64,000 bases of DNA. Origin: Eledone cirrhosa (Eukaryota). The notes beneath the pieces are model-generated. The model made no database searches and was not told the origin of the DNA. It saw nothing but the letters and a program-made list of their open reading frames with translations. Where the stretch lies: NCBI GenBank assembly GCA_964016885.1, contig OZ024750.1, positions 29,884,001 through 29,948,000 on the forward strand, written 5' to 3'. Below are positions 27,071-39,940 of the stretch, piece by piece (positions within the stretch are counted from its first letter, which is position 1; each line of letters opens with the position of its first letter). The translations under genes were made by a program, and so were the position numbers.

Positions 27071-27573
27071 GACGAGTTGTCCTGTTGTGGGCAGTGTCCG
27101 GTCGGCTGACCTTGTCTTGCGCATACATACGGGAACTGATTCTGGCTTGATTTCTATAGCTGGATGCCCTTCCTAACACCAACCTCATTTACAGTGAATG
27201 CTGGGTGCTTTTTTTTCTGTGGCGCCTACACGTCCACTTTACAGTGTGGGCTGGGTGCTTTTTTGCCGTGGCACCTCCACGACCACTTTGCAGTGGGAGG
27301 GTGTTGAGGCATATTGTCTATATGCTTCAGCTTCGGCATGTACATAATATATATATATATATTTATACATAATATATATATATATGAAATGATGATATAT
27401 TATATATATACATTAGATATATATACATTATATATACATTATATATATATATTATATATACATTATATATACATTATATATATACATAATATATATATAT
27501 ATATAGTAATAATAATAAATTTGAAGACTAAAATCCAAAGAGGGCTCAATAAGGATAAATATATATATCAAAT

Positions 27574-30544
27574 TCCTGGAGGACTGGATTGATGTCCATC
27601 CAAACCACATTCCTTTCTTCGTCCTCACTGAAACCCATCTCAGTAACCTCCACTTGGAAGCCGAGGTGAAAGTGAAAAATTTCAAAGCCATCCGTGCTGA
27701 TCGCGCTGGCAGAAGAAAGGGCGGGACTGCCATTTATGTCCATAATTCTTTCTCAACAGAGGCTATGAACATATTCACTAATGGATACTGTGAAGCAGTC
27801 ACTGTATTCAGTCAAACCAACAACCTAATAGTAGTTGGGCTCTATAGGCCACCCCAAACGCCTGTACCATGCTTCAAGGAATGCCTCAACAGCATAAAGT
27901 GTTTCATCCAAGAGTGTCACCCTGACAACATCTTAATGATGGGGGACTTCAACCTCCCCGGAGTTGACTGGTCCACAAACAGCCTGCCACCAGGTTCTTC
28001 TGCCTCAACCTCTGACAGGGAAGCAGTGGAATCGCTTCTTGACTTCATGGATGATTTCTTCCTATCCCAACTGGTGCTCGAACCAACGAGGTGCCACAAA
28101 AACGTCCTAGACTTAATTTTCAACAATCACACTGACAATATCCACAATATTGCAGTGGAGAAAACTCTACTCTCTGATCATGACATGGTTCTCTGTGATC
28201 TGAGATTCCACCGTCCAATATACAAACCGAATGTCATCTCTCCTGTCCATCCGTTTGACGCTATGGATTTCCACAATGCAAACTGGGAAGCGATCAGTCA
28301 TGATTTTGCACATGTCGACTGGTCCTTCACGCACACTCATACACCCACTAACATCAAAAAGTCCTGGCAGACATTTGTGGACACTGTTACAAACATATGT
28401 GCAAAACACACCCCATTAAGAACTATAAACAAATCTAAGAGCAGAATCCCTAGAAATAGAAAAACGCTCATCAGAAAAATTAAGAGAACGAACAAAAAAA
28501 TCAACAAGCTGAAATATTGTCAGCAGCAACACATCAACTTGACTGCCATTTCATCACTAGAGATTAAAAAACATAACCTCCAAAACAACATAATGTCCCT
28601 CATCAACAATCAGAGAAGAGCTGAAGAGGCCTGGGCCATTGAGAAGATCAAACTCAATCCCAAAGTGTTCTTTGCATTTGCAAAAAAACACAAAATCACT
28701 GGCTCTACTGTTGGCCCTCTAATTGATGAAAATGGCACTCTTCAAGACAATGCTAAAACCATGGGTGAGATACTGCAGAAACAATACTGCTCTGTTTTCA
28801 GCAATCCTGATATGGCCGATCTGGGCTGTATCGGCGATGTTACTCCCCATTACACCTTATCGGACATAACGTTTGGCGCCCCTGTTGTCTTAGCGGCAAT
28901 AAAGGAAATCAAGCATAATTCAGCAGTAGGTCCCGATAGGTTCCCTGCTTGTGTCTTGAAGGCGTGTCAACACCAACTTGCATCTCCTCTTGCCAATCTG
29001 TGGCGGAACTCACTGGATGCTGGATATGTGCCAGAAAACCTTCTATCCCAGTCTGTTGTCCCAGTTTTCAAAAAGGGAAACAAATCCCTTGCCGTGAATT
29101 ACCGTCCAATCTCACTCACCTCTCATATCATTAAGGTATTTGAGAGTGGTGAGATCGCGAATGACCCACTTCCTTGAGAGTAACAATATGCTGAACTCCA
29201 ACCAGCATGGATTCCGTAATGGAAGGGATTGCCTGACGCAGCTACTGCATCACTTTGATGACATTTTGAGAGCCTTGGGAGAGGGTTCCAACACTGATGT
29301 TATCTACCTTGATTTCAGCAAGGCCTTTGACAGGGTTGATCATAACATTCTACTGAGAAAGCTGTCCAATATTGGTGTCACTGGAAAGCTGCTGCAGTGG
29401 TTCAAGAGCTTCCTGTCAAATAGAACCCAACATGTTGTAGTTGAAGGAGTCAAATCCAGCCCAGCCAAAGTCAGTAGTGGGGTCCCACAAGGCACTGTGT
29501 TGGGCCCACTTCTCTTCATCATCTATATTAATGACATCACTGACATCATCAAACACAGCAACATTAAAATTTTCGCTGATGATTCCAAGCTCCAAAAGGT
29601 CATCAATGGCGTGGATGACCGGATAAGCCTTCAGTCAGACCTACTGGCTGTTACCCAATGGGCAGAAAAGAACAACATGTTACTGAACGAAGACAAATTC
29701 GAACTGATCCACTTTGGAAAAGAGGATGCCCTGAAACTCCCATACTCCCTTCCCTCCGGGGAAACTCTCGTGGCATCTAACAACATCAGAGACTTGGGAG
29801 TAACCGTGGACAGCAACATAAGCTGGGCCACGCATATAAGCAGCAAAGTTGACATGGCCCGCAGAATGTGTTCCTGGATCCTCAGAACCTTCCAGTCGAG
29901 AGATTCCCACACCATTATCCTTCTCTTCTCTACTTTTGCCCGACCACACCTTGAATACTGTTGTCCACTGTGGTCTCCCCGCACGAAACAAAGTATCATG
30001 AAACTTGAAGCTCCTCAAAGGGCAATCACGAAAAAGATAGATGGCATGTCAGACCTTGACTACTGGGGTCGATTAGAAAACCTGAATCTCTACTCACTCC
30101 AACGTCGCCGTGAGCGTTATATTACCTGCATGATGTGGAAAATGTTCCATCATCACTGCCCAAATGATGTTGGCATCGCCTTCAAGATACACCCAAGGCT
30201 TGGGCCCCGTGCTATCCGTCCCATTCAAAAATCTAAATCGCAACTCATAACAACAATACGGCACAATTATTTCACCTCAATCGGTCCTGCTCTATTCAAC
30301 ATCACACCAGGACACGTCAAAACAGAAACTGACCACACAAAATTCAAGAAGCCTTTGGACAAATTCCTCCAAGTAATCCCGGACAAACCACCCACACCCG
30401 GATATGTCTCCGCAAACAGTAATTCTCTTCTCGAATGGGCCATGGTGCCCAAATCCTGAATTGAAAGACTTCGCCAGGTGGTGCTATTAAGTTAGACATG
30501 GCCTGGGCCAATACTGGCCAAAACATTTCAAAGTTATTCAAAGT
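27574..30544 (+). mobile_element. 5'-truncated CR1/L2-group LINE (APE + RT) with one frameshift
   Basis: APE motifs LTETH, GLYRPP, GDFN, LDL, SDH. RT motifs YRPISL, YLDFSKAFD, GVPQGTVLGP, FADD. 3' tail (ttcaaagtta)x2. 12-bp TSD tatatatcaaat at 27562-27573 and 30545-30556. Confidence 0.93.
27654..30459 (+). pseudogene. LINE ORF2 split by a frameshift near 29145 (27654-29177 / 29140-30459)
   Basis: The expected ...IKVFERVVRS... is broken by loss of 2 nt in a GA repeat. The frame is also open upstream to the 5' junction. Confidence 0.85.
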
Positions 30545-30886
30545 TATATATCAAATATATAAGAACTGTAGAGCAAATATTTATTAAAATTTATTAAACT
30601 TTAATCTGTTATTTTAATAATTATATATATATATATATATATATTCATTATATATATTCATTATATATATATATATTATATATACATTATATATATATAT
30701 TATATATACATTATATATATATATACATTATATATATATATATATACATTATATATATATATACATTATATATATATATACATTATATATATATATACAT
30801 TATATATATATAGTAATAATAATAAATTTGAAGACTTTAATCTGTTATTTTAATAAACTTTAATTAAACTTTAATCTCTTATTTTA

Positions 30887-30936
<50 letters not shown>

Positions 30937-31828
30937 GATTCATCTGTGTTTATAACACAAAACCACTATGTTACAAATTTATTAAACATAACTTTCGTCA
31001 AAGTTATATGACAAAACACTCAGAGCAAATAAATACAGGTGAATATCGTATATATACAATATAAATAATTTTCAAATTAAAATATATTTACATAGATGAC
31101 GTTGAAAAATTTGTTTTGAAAACTGTCTTTTTTATTTGTTTATTTTACTTTCCATATCGAGCAAATATTTATATAAATCAATGTATATTGATTCTCATGT
31201 ATATATTTTCCATCATATTAAGAGAATAACCGTGAGTCTATATATATGTATCTTATACAGATTAAGTGTGTGTATATATATATATATGTATGTATGTATG
31301 TATTTAAATCCAATGTTTGGCGAGCACTCAATACAAGTGATGTTTTGTGGTACAGTAAGATGGTAGAGACTGAAGATTTGGTAATACTATTTTGACATAG
31401 ACAATGGGACACATATATATCTGGAAGTATGTTACGTTAGTGTAATATATACACAACATAGTATAGCGAGGGCGTTTGCAAACAAATCGATTATTATTAT
31501 TATTCGATATAACCCATACTTACATTTATGATATCTGCTACGCAACAATGAAAAAAAAAAAATCTAAATTTGTTTTTAATTTTCGCCAAGGCCAGCTCGG
31601 TATGCAAATGTGACTAATCAGCCGATGTATACTTTCGAAAATACTATATTTTCAATAGTTCAATTGAGTACCAGAGATATACAGTCCTTATGGAAGGAAA
31701 TGTTGATTATTTCACGATACTACTGTTGAAAAAACACTGCATAGTAAGGTCGTTTGCTTGCAAACGAATTGAATATTATTATTGTTCGATGTAACTCTTA
31801 CTTACTTATATATATATAAGTAAGTTAA

Positions 31829-31884
<56 letters not shown>

Positions 31885-31888
<4 letters not shown>

Positions 31889-33500
31889 TGAAAGAGTGAA
31901 GAATAACATAGTCAACAGTACAAAAAGGATTTTATTTACAGTATTAACAATTGTTTCATTGATTAGGGTGTCTAAAATTTGCTTTAACAGAAAAACTATC
32001 AAACTGTCTTACTCTACTGCAGCCAACATAAAATCACACATACATAAAATTAACTATAGAAGAATCTCTAATGAAAATAACCTACTAACATACACCATTA
32101 CACCAAATACAAAACACAAACACATAACAACATCACAACCACACACACACGTCAGAACGCATCGCAACAAAACATCAACAAACCCAAATTTCAGCCCATA
32201 CATAACAACATACAAAACCGCAATGGAGAACCTGCACACAGGAAGGACTCCAAATGTAACTGTCACTTACCGGATAAGTGCCCACTACAAAATAGATGCC
32301 TGGAATCAAATATAGTGTACCTGTGTACTATAAATTCGCGCAACTTAGCATGGCTCTACATAGGTTCTATGGCTGGGAAGTTTAAAAAAAAAATGGTATA
32401 TTCACAGACATTCTATAAAAAACCGTAAACAATGCTGGCCAATAAAATCTGGCAGCTTAAGGATACAAACCAAGAATAGAGGATTAGCTGGTCGAAATTA
32501 TCGGGAGCAAAGGCCTACGATAATGGAATGTCCCACTGCAGACTTTGCAATATGGAGTTGTTCCATATTTTAAAGTATTACAAAATGCTGCTTAACAGCA
32601 AAATAGAACGATCAATTTTCTGTAGGCACAAAGCAGCTACTAAATTCGCAAATTTTAAACCAACATGATTTGATCCAACAATCCCATAATTCAAGCTGAA
32701 CCACTTAGAATCTATTATAATAACCCCCTATTATTAACTGTCAATAGACCAAATAATCACTAAATCAACATCATAATCTCCTAACCTTTCTTTCTTTCAC
32801 TCTCTATCCCTAAAACTATTTCACCTCTTCAATTATATCCTATCATATTCTCTTCACCTCTCACCTAACTTCTAATTTATTAATTTATCTTTTATATATC
32901 ATTTATCATTGAATTCTTTCTTCCTACTATAACCCTCTGTGATTTAACCAATACATATGTGTATATATTTAATATTTTCATATTAATAGTATTTAATCCC
33001 TGATCACATCAATTTTTTTACTTATTTTTTATCACCTTCATTCTAACTTATTTATTATTATTTATTATTTCTTTTTCTTTTTCTTTTTCTTTTTCTTTCT
33101 CTTTTTTTTTTCGTTCTTTCTTTATTATTGATGTTGTTATTTGAATTCTCCTAGTATATTACAAACGCTGTGTGTAATTTTTGTCAGTTATTCCGATGAT
33201 TTGATGAGGCATACATTGTATTTAAGATTGAGTGGCACAACTTTAAGTGATTAGCAATCTTTAGACACCCTAATCAATGAAACAATTGTTAATACAGTAA
33301 ATAAAACCCTTTTTAAACTGTTGATCATGTTATTCTTCACTCTTTCACTATTATTACTCCAAGATTAACCTGCATAAGAATTCCCAGGAACTCGCTACCT
33401 AACTATGAAAACCTCTTATTGAGTCAAACAACGCCGTACGTTAAAACTATCCACAATACAGAGTACTCACAACCTCTAACTGGATCACCTATAATGATAA
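31885..33500 (+). mobile_element. Degenerate 5'-truncated PLE of a second clade (thumb remnant, CxC linker, GIY-YIG) with inverted 5' pseudo-LTR piece
   Basis: KICFNRKTIKLSYS; after a frameshift CNCHLPDKCPLQNRCLESNIVYLC...YIGS (~32255-32370). 31885-31975 is inverted relative to 33260-33350. Hammerhead at 33185-33298. Confidence 0.75.
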
Positions 33501-33681
33501 TTTGTTATACCATATATTATATATATATTATATATATATATACATTATAAATATATATATTATATATTACATATATATTTGCAAGAGATGTCAACATGAA
33601 TGGACCTGTTATTTTTATCTAAAGACATTTTTTCCAATTCCATCCCGCATGTCCCCTCAATCTAACTTATTTCTCATTCTT

Positions 33682-33717
33682 TTTTCTGATGAAGGACTAG
33701 CGTCCGAAACGTTAAGA
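33682..33717 (+). ncRNA. Minimal hammerhead ribozyme
   Basis: uuuu-CUGAUGA-A-GGAC-uagc-GUCC-GAAA-CG-UU-aaga, in a short insert between (TA)n tracts. Confidence 0.75.
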
Positions 33718-34409
33718 CCTCTTCCTGCTATATCAAGCGTTAATCTAATATATCCTTTCCATATACTGTACCAATTGTGTTGTTATTTCTGTTTACCTTT
33801 TACGTAATATTATATATATTATATATATATATATTATATATATATATGTATTATATATATATATATGTATTATATATATATATATGTATTATATATATAT
33901 ATATGTATTATATATATATATAATATAATATATATATATATATATAATACATATATATATAATACATATAAATATATATATATATAATATATATATGTAT
34001 GTAAAAGGTAAACAGAAATATATATATATATATTATATTAATATATATTATATATATATATATATCATCATCATCATCATCATCATTTTACGTCCGCTTT
34101 TCCTTGCTTGCAAGGGTAGGACGGGAACTGATTCGGGCTTGATTTCTACAGCTGAATGCCCTTCCTAACACCAACCTCATTTACAGTGAGTGCTGGGTGC
34201 TTTTTTGCCGTGGCACCTCCACGACCACTTTGCAGTGGAATGATATGGACCCTAGTCCTATCATCTCATTTTTACAGCTGAGTAAACTGGAGCAATGTGA
34301 AATAAAGTGTCTTGCTCAAGGAAACAACACATCACCCGGTCTGAGATTGAACTCACAACCTTTCGATTGCAAGGCCAATGCTCTAACCACTAAGCCATGT
34401 GCCTCCATA

Positions 34410-34424
34410 TATATATTATATTAA

Positions 34425-34456
<32 letters not shown>

Positions 34457-34474
34457 TAATATATATTATATTAA

Positions 34475-34521
<47 letters not shown>

Positions 34522-34560
34522 TAATATATATTATATATATATATATATATATTATATTAA

Positions 34561-34603
<43 letters not shown>

Positions 34604-34610
34604 TAATATT

Positions 34611-34653
<43 letters not shown>

Positions 34654-34692
34654 TAATATATATTATATATATATATATATATATTATATTAA

Positions 34693-34733
<41 letters not shown>

Positions 34734-34751
34734 TAATATATATTATATTAA

Positions 34752-34792
<41 letters not shown>

Positions 34793-34797
34793 TAATA

Positions 34798-34844
<47 letters not shown>

Positions 34845-34871
34845 TAATATATATTATATATATATATTATA

Positions 34872-34909
<38 letters not shown>

Positions 34910-35041
34910 TAATATATATTATATATATATATTATATTAATATATATTATATATATATATATATATTATATTAATATATATTATATATATATATATATTA
35001 TATTAATATATATTATATATATATATATATATATTATACTA

Positions 35042-35072
<31 letters not shown>

Positions 35073-35079
35073 TATACTA

Positions 35080-35110
<31 letters not shown>

Positions 35111-35117
35111 TATACTA

Positions 35118-35155
<38 letters not shown>

Positions 35156-35292
35156 TAATATATATTATATATTATATATATATATATTATATTAATATAT
35201 ATTATATATTATATATATATATATTATATTAATATATATTATATATATATATATATATATTATACTAATATATTATATATATCTATATATAT
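34410..35292. repeat. (TA)n-derived satellite flanking the PLE
   Basis: Direct reading. Similar tract at 41395-41590. Confidence 0.95.
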
Positions 35293-35504
35293 ATATTGTT
35301 ATATTTGGGGAGGGTCATATTTGCGTAATATTGCCAGAATTAATAACAGAACACACTCACTGTTTGGTTGGTTTTCGCTTCTCGCTGTCTTTTATATATA
35401 TATATCTGCGATCTAACTTACTCGGTCCTCAATGTTGCCATTGACTGACCGGCGGTCAAAAATAATACAGATACAATATAGACAAACACATATATATATA
35501 GTTT

Positions 35505-35545
35505 ACATAAATCTTTCGTTGCACATCTGCAACATCGTCAGTGGT
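35505..35545 (-). ncRNA. Hammerhead ribozyme in PLE 3' UTR/pseudo-LTR (second copy 39634-39674)
   Basis: ca-CUGACGA-U-GUUGCA-gaug-UGCAAC-GAAA-GAUU-UA-ug. Confidence 0.7.
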
Positions 35546-35811
35546 GTTATATTCATTGTTCCTCCTGTTGTGTTGTATGTCTACGCCATTTTTTTTGTTC
35601 AGTCTGTCTATATATTTATTTATTTATTTGCTTGTTTGTTTATCTTATTTTATTTTGTCTTCTTTGCGCATGCGTTTGCGTGTGTGTATAGTGTTATGTG
35701 TGATGTGTGACTAGTGTGTATAGTGTTGTCTGCTGGGTGACTAGTGTGTGTTTATGTGCTTGTGTATGTATTTATTTATCTTATTTTATTTAATTTAATT
35801 TACTTATTTAT

Positions 35812-38800
35812 TTATACTTCTCTTAGGTCAGTGTTGTTTGTTTGGGTGTTGTTGTTGTTCCACTCATTCTTTCTGTTTAGCTTTGGTCTTCTAATTTCTA
35901 TTTCTATTTCACTGGCCTCTCTGATTTGCCTATCTGCTGGGTCATTCCTATGTTTAGATATTATTCTAATTTCTATGTTGTCTATGTTACCGTCATGATG
36001 TTGTCTAGCATGTTCGTATAGTACTGACCCGTTTTTTCGTCCTTTTAGTTCCCCCCAGTGTTGGTCTATCCTTTCACCTATGCTACGAGCTGTCTCACCT
36101 ATGTATGTTGTTGTCGTGTTTCTGCAAGTACCCTCTGTACATCTTATGCTATAGACTACGTTTCTAGTTTTACAGTTTATCCGGGGGTTCACCTTACATA
36201 TGATACATTTCCTATTGGTACAGTGGGTTTTCTTAAAAGGGTAGGTTTTGCTGATCAGGGATTTTATGGTGGTTCCTGGCTTTTCTACCACCTTTATTTT
36301 TAAGTGGGTCTTTCTCAGGGCCTTTCTACACTGGTTAGCTAATTTCCCTCCAGGGGTGGCGTCCACAAACATGACACTCTGATATCTCTGGTTGTCGTAC
36401 CATGATGTGGCCTTCCCTATCTTATGTCTAGCCCTATCTAAGCTATTCCATGATTTGCTCCTGTATAGTGGGCAAATTCCTTTCATGTCCAGTTCTATGA
36501 GGGTCTTATACTTTTCCATGGCTCCTTCGTATACTCTGACTCTGTCTCTTTGGTTGTAGCCAGAGAACTGCATGCGGTTGATGAAGTGTTGGATGTGTCC
36601 TTCCATTTCTGTTGGGTCGCACATGCTGGACACATTCTTCATCACTCGTACCAAATCTGCGATCAGAATATTAAACTTAGCACTACTGGACATTGCTGAG
36701 TTTTTGAGTATCAGGTATTTGGAGGCCATGGGTTTAGCATAGTGTGAGTGGAGAATTTGGGCTCTCTCGTCTATAGTGTTAATCCAGAGTTCTGTGTCTA
36801 ATACAGGTAGTCTATTGTTAGGGTGTTTGGAAGGGAAGTCTATAGTTACAGTTATACTCTGGTGTATGGAATTAGCTATCTGCTGGATGCTTTCCATCGT
36901 GCTACGTTCTAAATCAAACTTGTTAGTGCTCTCTAGTGGGGGTGTTCTTATAACTATATTGATATCGTCTACATAACGAGAGTACATGATGAGGTCTATG
37001 GAGCTTTCATTAAGGAGATCTTTAAGTCTCCTTTCCCACCATACCATGAAAAGGTTGGCAACATCGCCAGCTATGCTGACGCCGATGGCTGCTCCCTCAT
37101 TTTGGGTGTAGATTTTCTCATTGAACTTAAATATGTGGCCCTTTAGGGTAGTTTTGATACTAGCCCCTATTGCATGTGCGACCATTTTTCTTACCTGATC
37201 AGTGTTTTGGGGGGTCCGTATAGCTTTGGTCCACCCAATCCACCTTCCTATGGGAGTCTTTTTAGCCATTGAGGTTATGGTGGGGGGTCTACCTCTTATA
37301 GGTCTACTAGGGCAGAAACATCTAAGGTCATGGCTGTCTAGGTAGTCAGTGTCGTAGGTAAGTCTAAGTAGGAGGCCCAGTTCGTCTGTGTCGACGTCGC
37401 AGAACTCCACCTCACTCTCAATGATCATCTCCACACATCTTTTCACAGCAAAATCAATGTTAATGGATGGGTACAGTGACACCACATCCATGCTGCCTAT
37501 TATGCAGTTGGATAGGCTCCTGTTTTTGTTGCACTCACTGATTCTGCTGAGGAGGTCCTCTGTACTTTCACATACATCTGGGGACATCTTGATTATGGGG
37601 CGTATAACCATTGAGAGGAAGTAGGAGATCCTGTAGTTGCTAGCTATATTAGCTCCGCATACAGGTCTTGTTGGTGGTCCTATTGTCGGGTCGTCGACTG
37701 TCTTGTGGTCTTTGCGGAGCCCATACAAGGGTGGTATGCCATTGTTAGACGCCTGGAAGTTGTTGGCAGTGCGTCTGCTTGGCTTTAGGATGTCAGTCCA
37801 CATCATCATGTGAGCGTTGAGGATTTTTTCTCTCCCATCGTGTGTTAGTTGTGCAACTTCGCTCGTGTTGGTGATGTGGGGTTGCATTGCCTCGATGTAG
37901 TTCGGCATGCTATCTATTGACATCCTACCAGACTTATCTGTGGGTAGACACACTACCTCACCATCCCTTGTGCGCTGCTTGAGGCTAACCAAGCCTTCTA
38001 CAGGTTTTATCCCAAGTTGTTGGGCCTCTGGTCTGCTCTGTCTCATAGTGTACCTGTCTACTACTTGTCTAATCTTATTTCTAGCTATGGTGAACTGTGC
38101 CTCCGTCTCGTCATCTATTTGTTGTGGTATGCAAACTCTTTTATTAAAGGGTAACCTCGTAGGATAGATATTACCCATCTTATATGTTTTGTCAGCTGGG
38201 TTGAAAAATAGTTTCTCTAAGGGGTTGTCGTTATTTCTATCGTCATAGTTGTGTGTGTTGCTATTATTGTTATCATGGTGGTTGTTGTTGTTTCTATCCT
38301 TAGCATTAATATTATTATTGTTATGATTGCTAGATGTATTGTTGTTTACTTCACCGTTATTGTTGTTGTTACTGCTATTTCTACCATTGTGGTTGTTACT
38401 ATTATTATGTTTCTTGTTTTTGTTGATGTTGCTACATGTACTATTTCCATTATTACCACTGTGGTTATTGTTGTTGTTGTTGTTCGTATTGTTACCGTTA
38501 TTACTACTGTGGTCACTGTTGCTGTGTCTGTGGTTAACGTTTCTATTATTATTATTATTGTGGTTGTTGTTGTTCTGTCTATCGCTAGTATTATTACCAT
38601 TATCACTATTTCTCACTTTCCTGCCATTGTTATGGTTATGGCTGTTATTTCTATACCCAGAGTTATTGTTTATATTACTACTACCGTTATTATTGTTGTT
38701 GTTGTTTACCTTTGCATTCCAACGTATTTTTGTGAAACACTTTTCCAGCTCCGTTTTGCATTCCATAGGATTAATCTTTTTGTAGATGGCAAATTTTGGT

Positions 38801-39447
38801 GGTAACTTTAGGATTTGTTGTTCTTGTTCACTGATTAAAGTGTTCCCATAGATATTTACTGTGTGGTCATTGGTAAATTCTTCCGGTAGTTTTACATCAC
38901 TCATACGGATGTTGTCGATGTTATCTGGGTATTTTTGAGAATATTCGATTTTCCTTTCTTGTAGTTTTTTCTTATTCATCCATTCTAATTTCTTCTTGAA
39001 ATGCCTACAGCATTCGTTTTGAGCATATTTCGTTTCGCGTCGGATGACGCTCATGAAGTCATCTCTCTCGTTTGCTGTGATGAGATTTCGGATTTCCTTA
39101 CCGTTGATGCGTTTTTGTCTGTAGAGTGCGTTGACTTTTGTGTATGTTGTTCTTTTCATATTAACTGTTATTGTGTGTTTTAGCCGTTCAGCTTGTGTTT
39201 TGTTCAATAATAAATTATTTACTTGTTTTGATATGTTTGTTGTGTATGTTTTGGAGGAAACACAGTGTTTTAAGAAGCGGATTTGTTCTGTTGTTATTGT
39301 AGTTTTTATATAACAGAAAACAGTGTCTTTCAATAACCTTTCAGCTTGGCACAAGCTAATGCCATAGCGGCGATGAATTAGTTTTGCGAGGTTTTTTATA
39401 TGAAATCGTGTGTCGAAACAGATATTGTTATATTTGGGGAGGGTCAT
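35812..39447 (-). CDS. PLE polyprotein, 1211 aa: RT + Cys-rich linker + C-terminal GIY-YIG endonuclease (Neptune/Nematis-type architecture)
   Basis: TDKSG, LYGLRKDHK, TRPV, MDVVSLYPSI, QNEGAAIG, RYVDD, LPVLD; CxxxxCxxC linker; VVYSIRC...YIGETAR...H..H. Confidence 0.95.
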   Translation of the reverse strand: MTLPKYNNICFDTRFHIKNLAKLIHRRYGISLCQAERLLKDTVFCYIKTTITTEQIRFLKHCVSSKTYTTNISKQVNNLLLNKTQAERLKHTITVNMKRTTYTKVNALYRQKRINGKEIRNLITANERDDFMSVIRRETKYAQNECCRHFKKKLEWMNKKKLQERKIEYSQKYPDNIDNIRMSDVKLPEEFTNDHTVNIYGNTLISEQEQQILKLPPKFAIYKKINPMECKTELEKCFTKIRWNAKVNNNNNNNGSSNINNNSGYRNNSHNHNNGRKVRNSDNGNNTSDRQNNNNHNNNNNRNVNHRHSNSDHSSNNGNNTNNNNNNNHSGNNGNSTCSNINKNKKHNNSNNHNGRNSSNNNNNGEVNNNTSSNHNNNNINAKDRNNNNHHDNNNSNTHNYDDRNNDNPLEKLFFNPADKTYKMGNIYPTRLPFNKRVCIPQQIDDETEAQFTIARNKIRQVVDRYTMRQSRPEAQQLGIKPVEGLVSLKQRTRDGEVVCLPTDKSGRMSIDSMPNYIEAMQPHITNTSEVAQLTHDGREKILNAHMMMWTDILKPSRRTANNFQASNNGIPPLYGLRKDHKTVDDPTIGPPTRPVCGANIASNYRISYFLSMVIRPIIKMSPDVCESTEDLLSRISECNKNRSLSNCIIGSMDVVSLYPSINIDFAVKRCVEMIIESEVEFCDVDTDELGLLLRLTYDTDYLDSHDLRCFCPSRPIRGRPPTITSMAKKTPIGRWIGWTKAIRTPQNTDQVRKMVAHAIGASIKTTLKGHIFKFNEKIYTQNEGAAIGVSIAGDVANLFMVWWERRLKDLLNESSIDLIMYSRYVDDINIVIRTPPLESTNKFDLERSTMESIQQIANSIHQSITVTIDFPSKHPNNRLPVLDTELWINTIDERAQILHSHYAKPMASKYLILKNSAMSSSAKFNILIADLVRVMKNVSSMCDPTEMEGHIQHFINRMQFSGYNQRDRVRVYEGAMEKYKTLIELDMKGICPLYRSKSWNSLDRARHKIGKATSWYDNQRYQSVMFVDATPGGKLANQCRKALRKTHLKIKVVEKPGTTIKSLISKTYPFKKTHCTNRKCIICKVNPRINCKTRNVVYSIRCTEGTCRNTTTTYIGETARSIGERIDQHWGELKGRKNGSVLYEHARQHHDGNIDNIEIRIISKHRNDPADRQIREASEIEIEIRRPKLNRKNEWNNNNTQTNNTDLREV

Positions 39448-39940
39448 ATTTGCGTAATATTGCCAGAATTAATAACAGAACACACTCACTGTTTGGTTGG
39501 TTTTCGCTTCTCGCTGTCTTTTATATATATATATCTGCGATCTAACTTACTCGGTCCTCAATGTTGCCATTGACTGACCGGCGGTCAAAAATAATACAGA
39601 TACAATATAGACAAACACATATATATATAGTTTACATAAATCTTTCGTTGCACATCTGCAACATCGTCAGTGGTGTTATATTCATTGTTCCTCCTGTTGT
39701 GTTGTATGTCTACGCCATTTTTTTTGTTCAGTCTGTCTATATATTTATTTATTTATTTGCTTGTTTGTTTATCTTATTTTATTTTGTCTTCTTTGCGCAT
39801 GCGTTTGCGTGTGTGTATAGTGTTATGTGTGATGTGTGACTAGTGTGTATAGTGTTGTCTGCTGGGTGACTAGTGTGTGTTTATGTGCTTGTGTATGTAT
39901 TTATTTATCTTATTTTATTTAATTTAATTTACTTATTTAT

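Noticed and set aside
29140-29177. Programmed frameshift in LINE ORF2
   Set aside because: No slippery heptamer; a simple 2-nt loss in a GA repeat (mutation or assembly error) explains it.
38251-38805. Hydrophobic poly-Leu/Val ORFs on + strand
   Set aside because: Antisense shadows of the Asn-rich tract of the PLE ORF.
35812-39447. Telomerase, Naiad/Chlamys-type or selenoprotein PLE
   Set aside because: The GIY-YIG domain is C-terminal, there are no in-frame TGA codons, and no TERT-specific motifs are visible.
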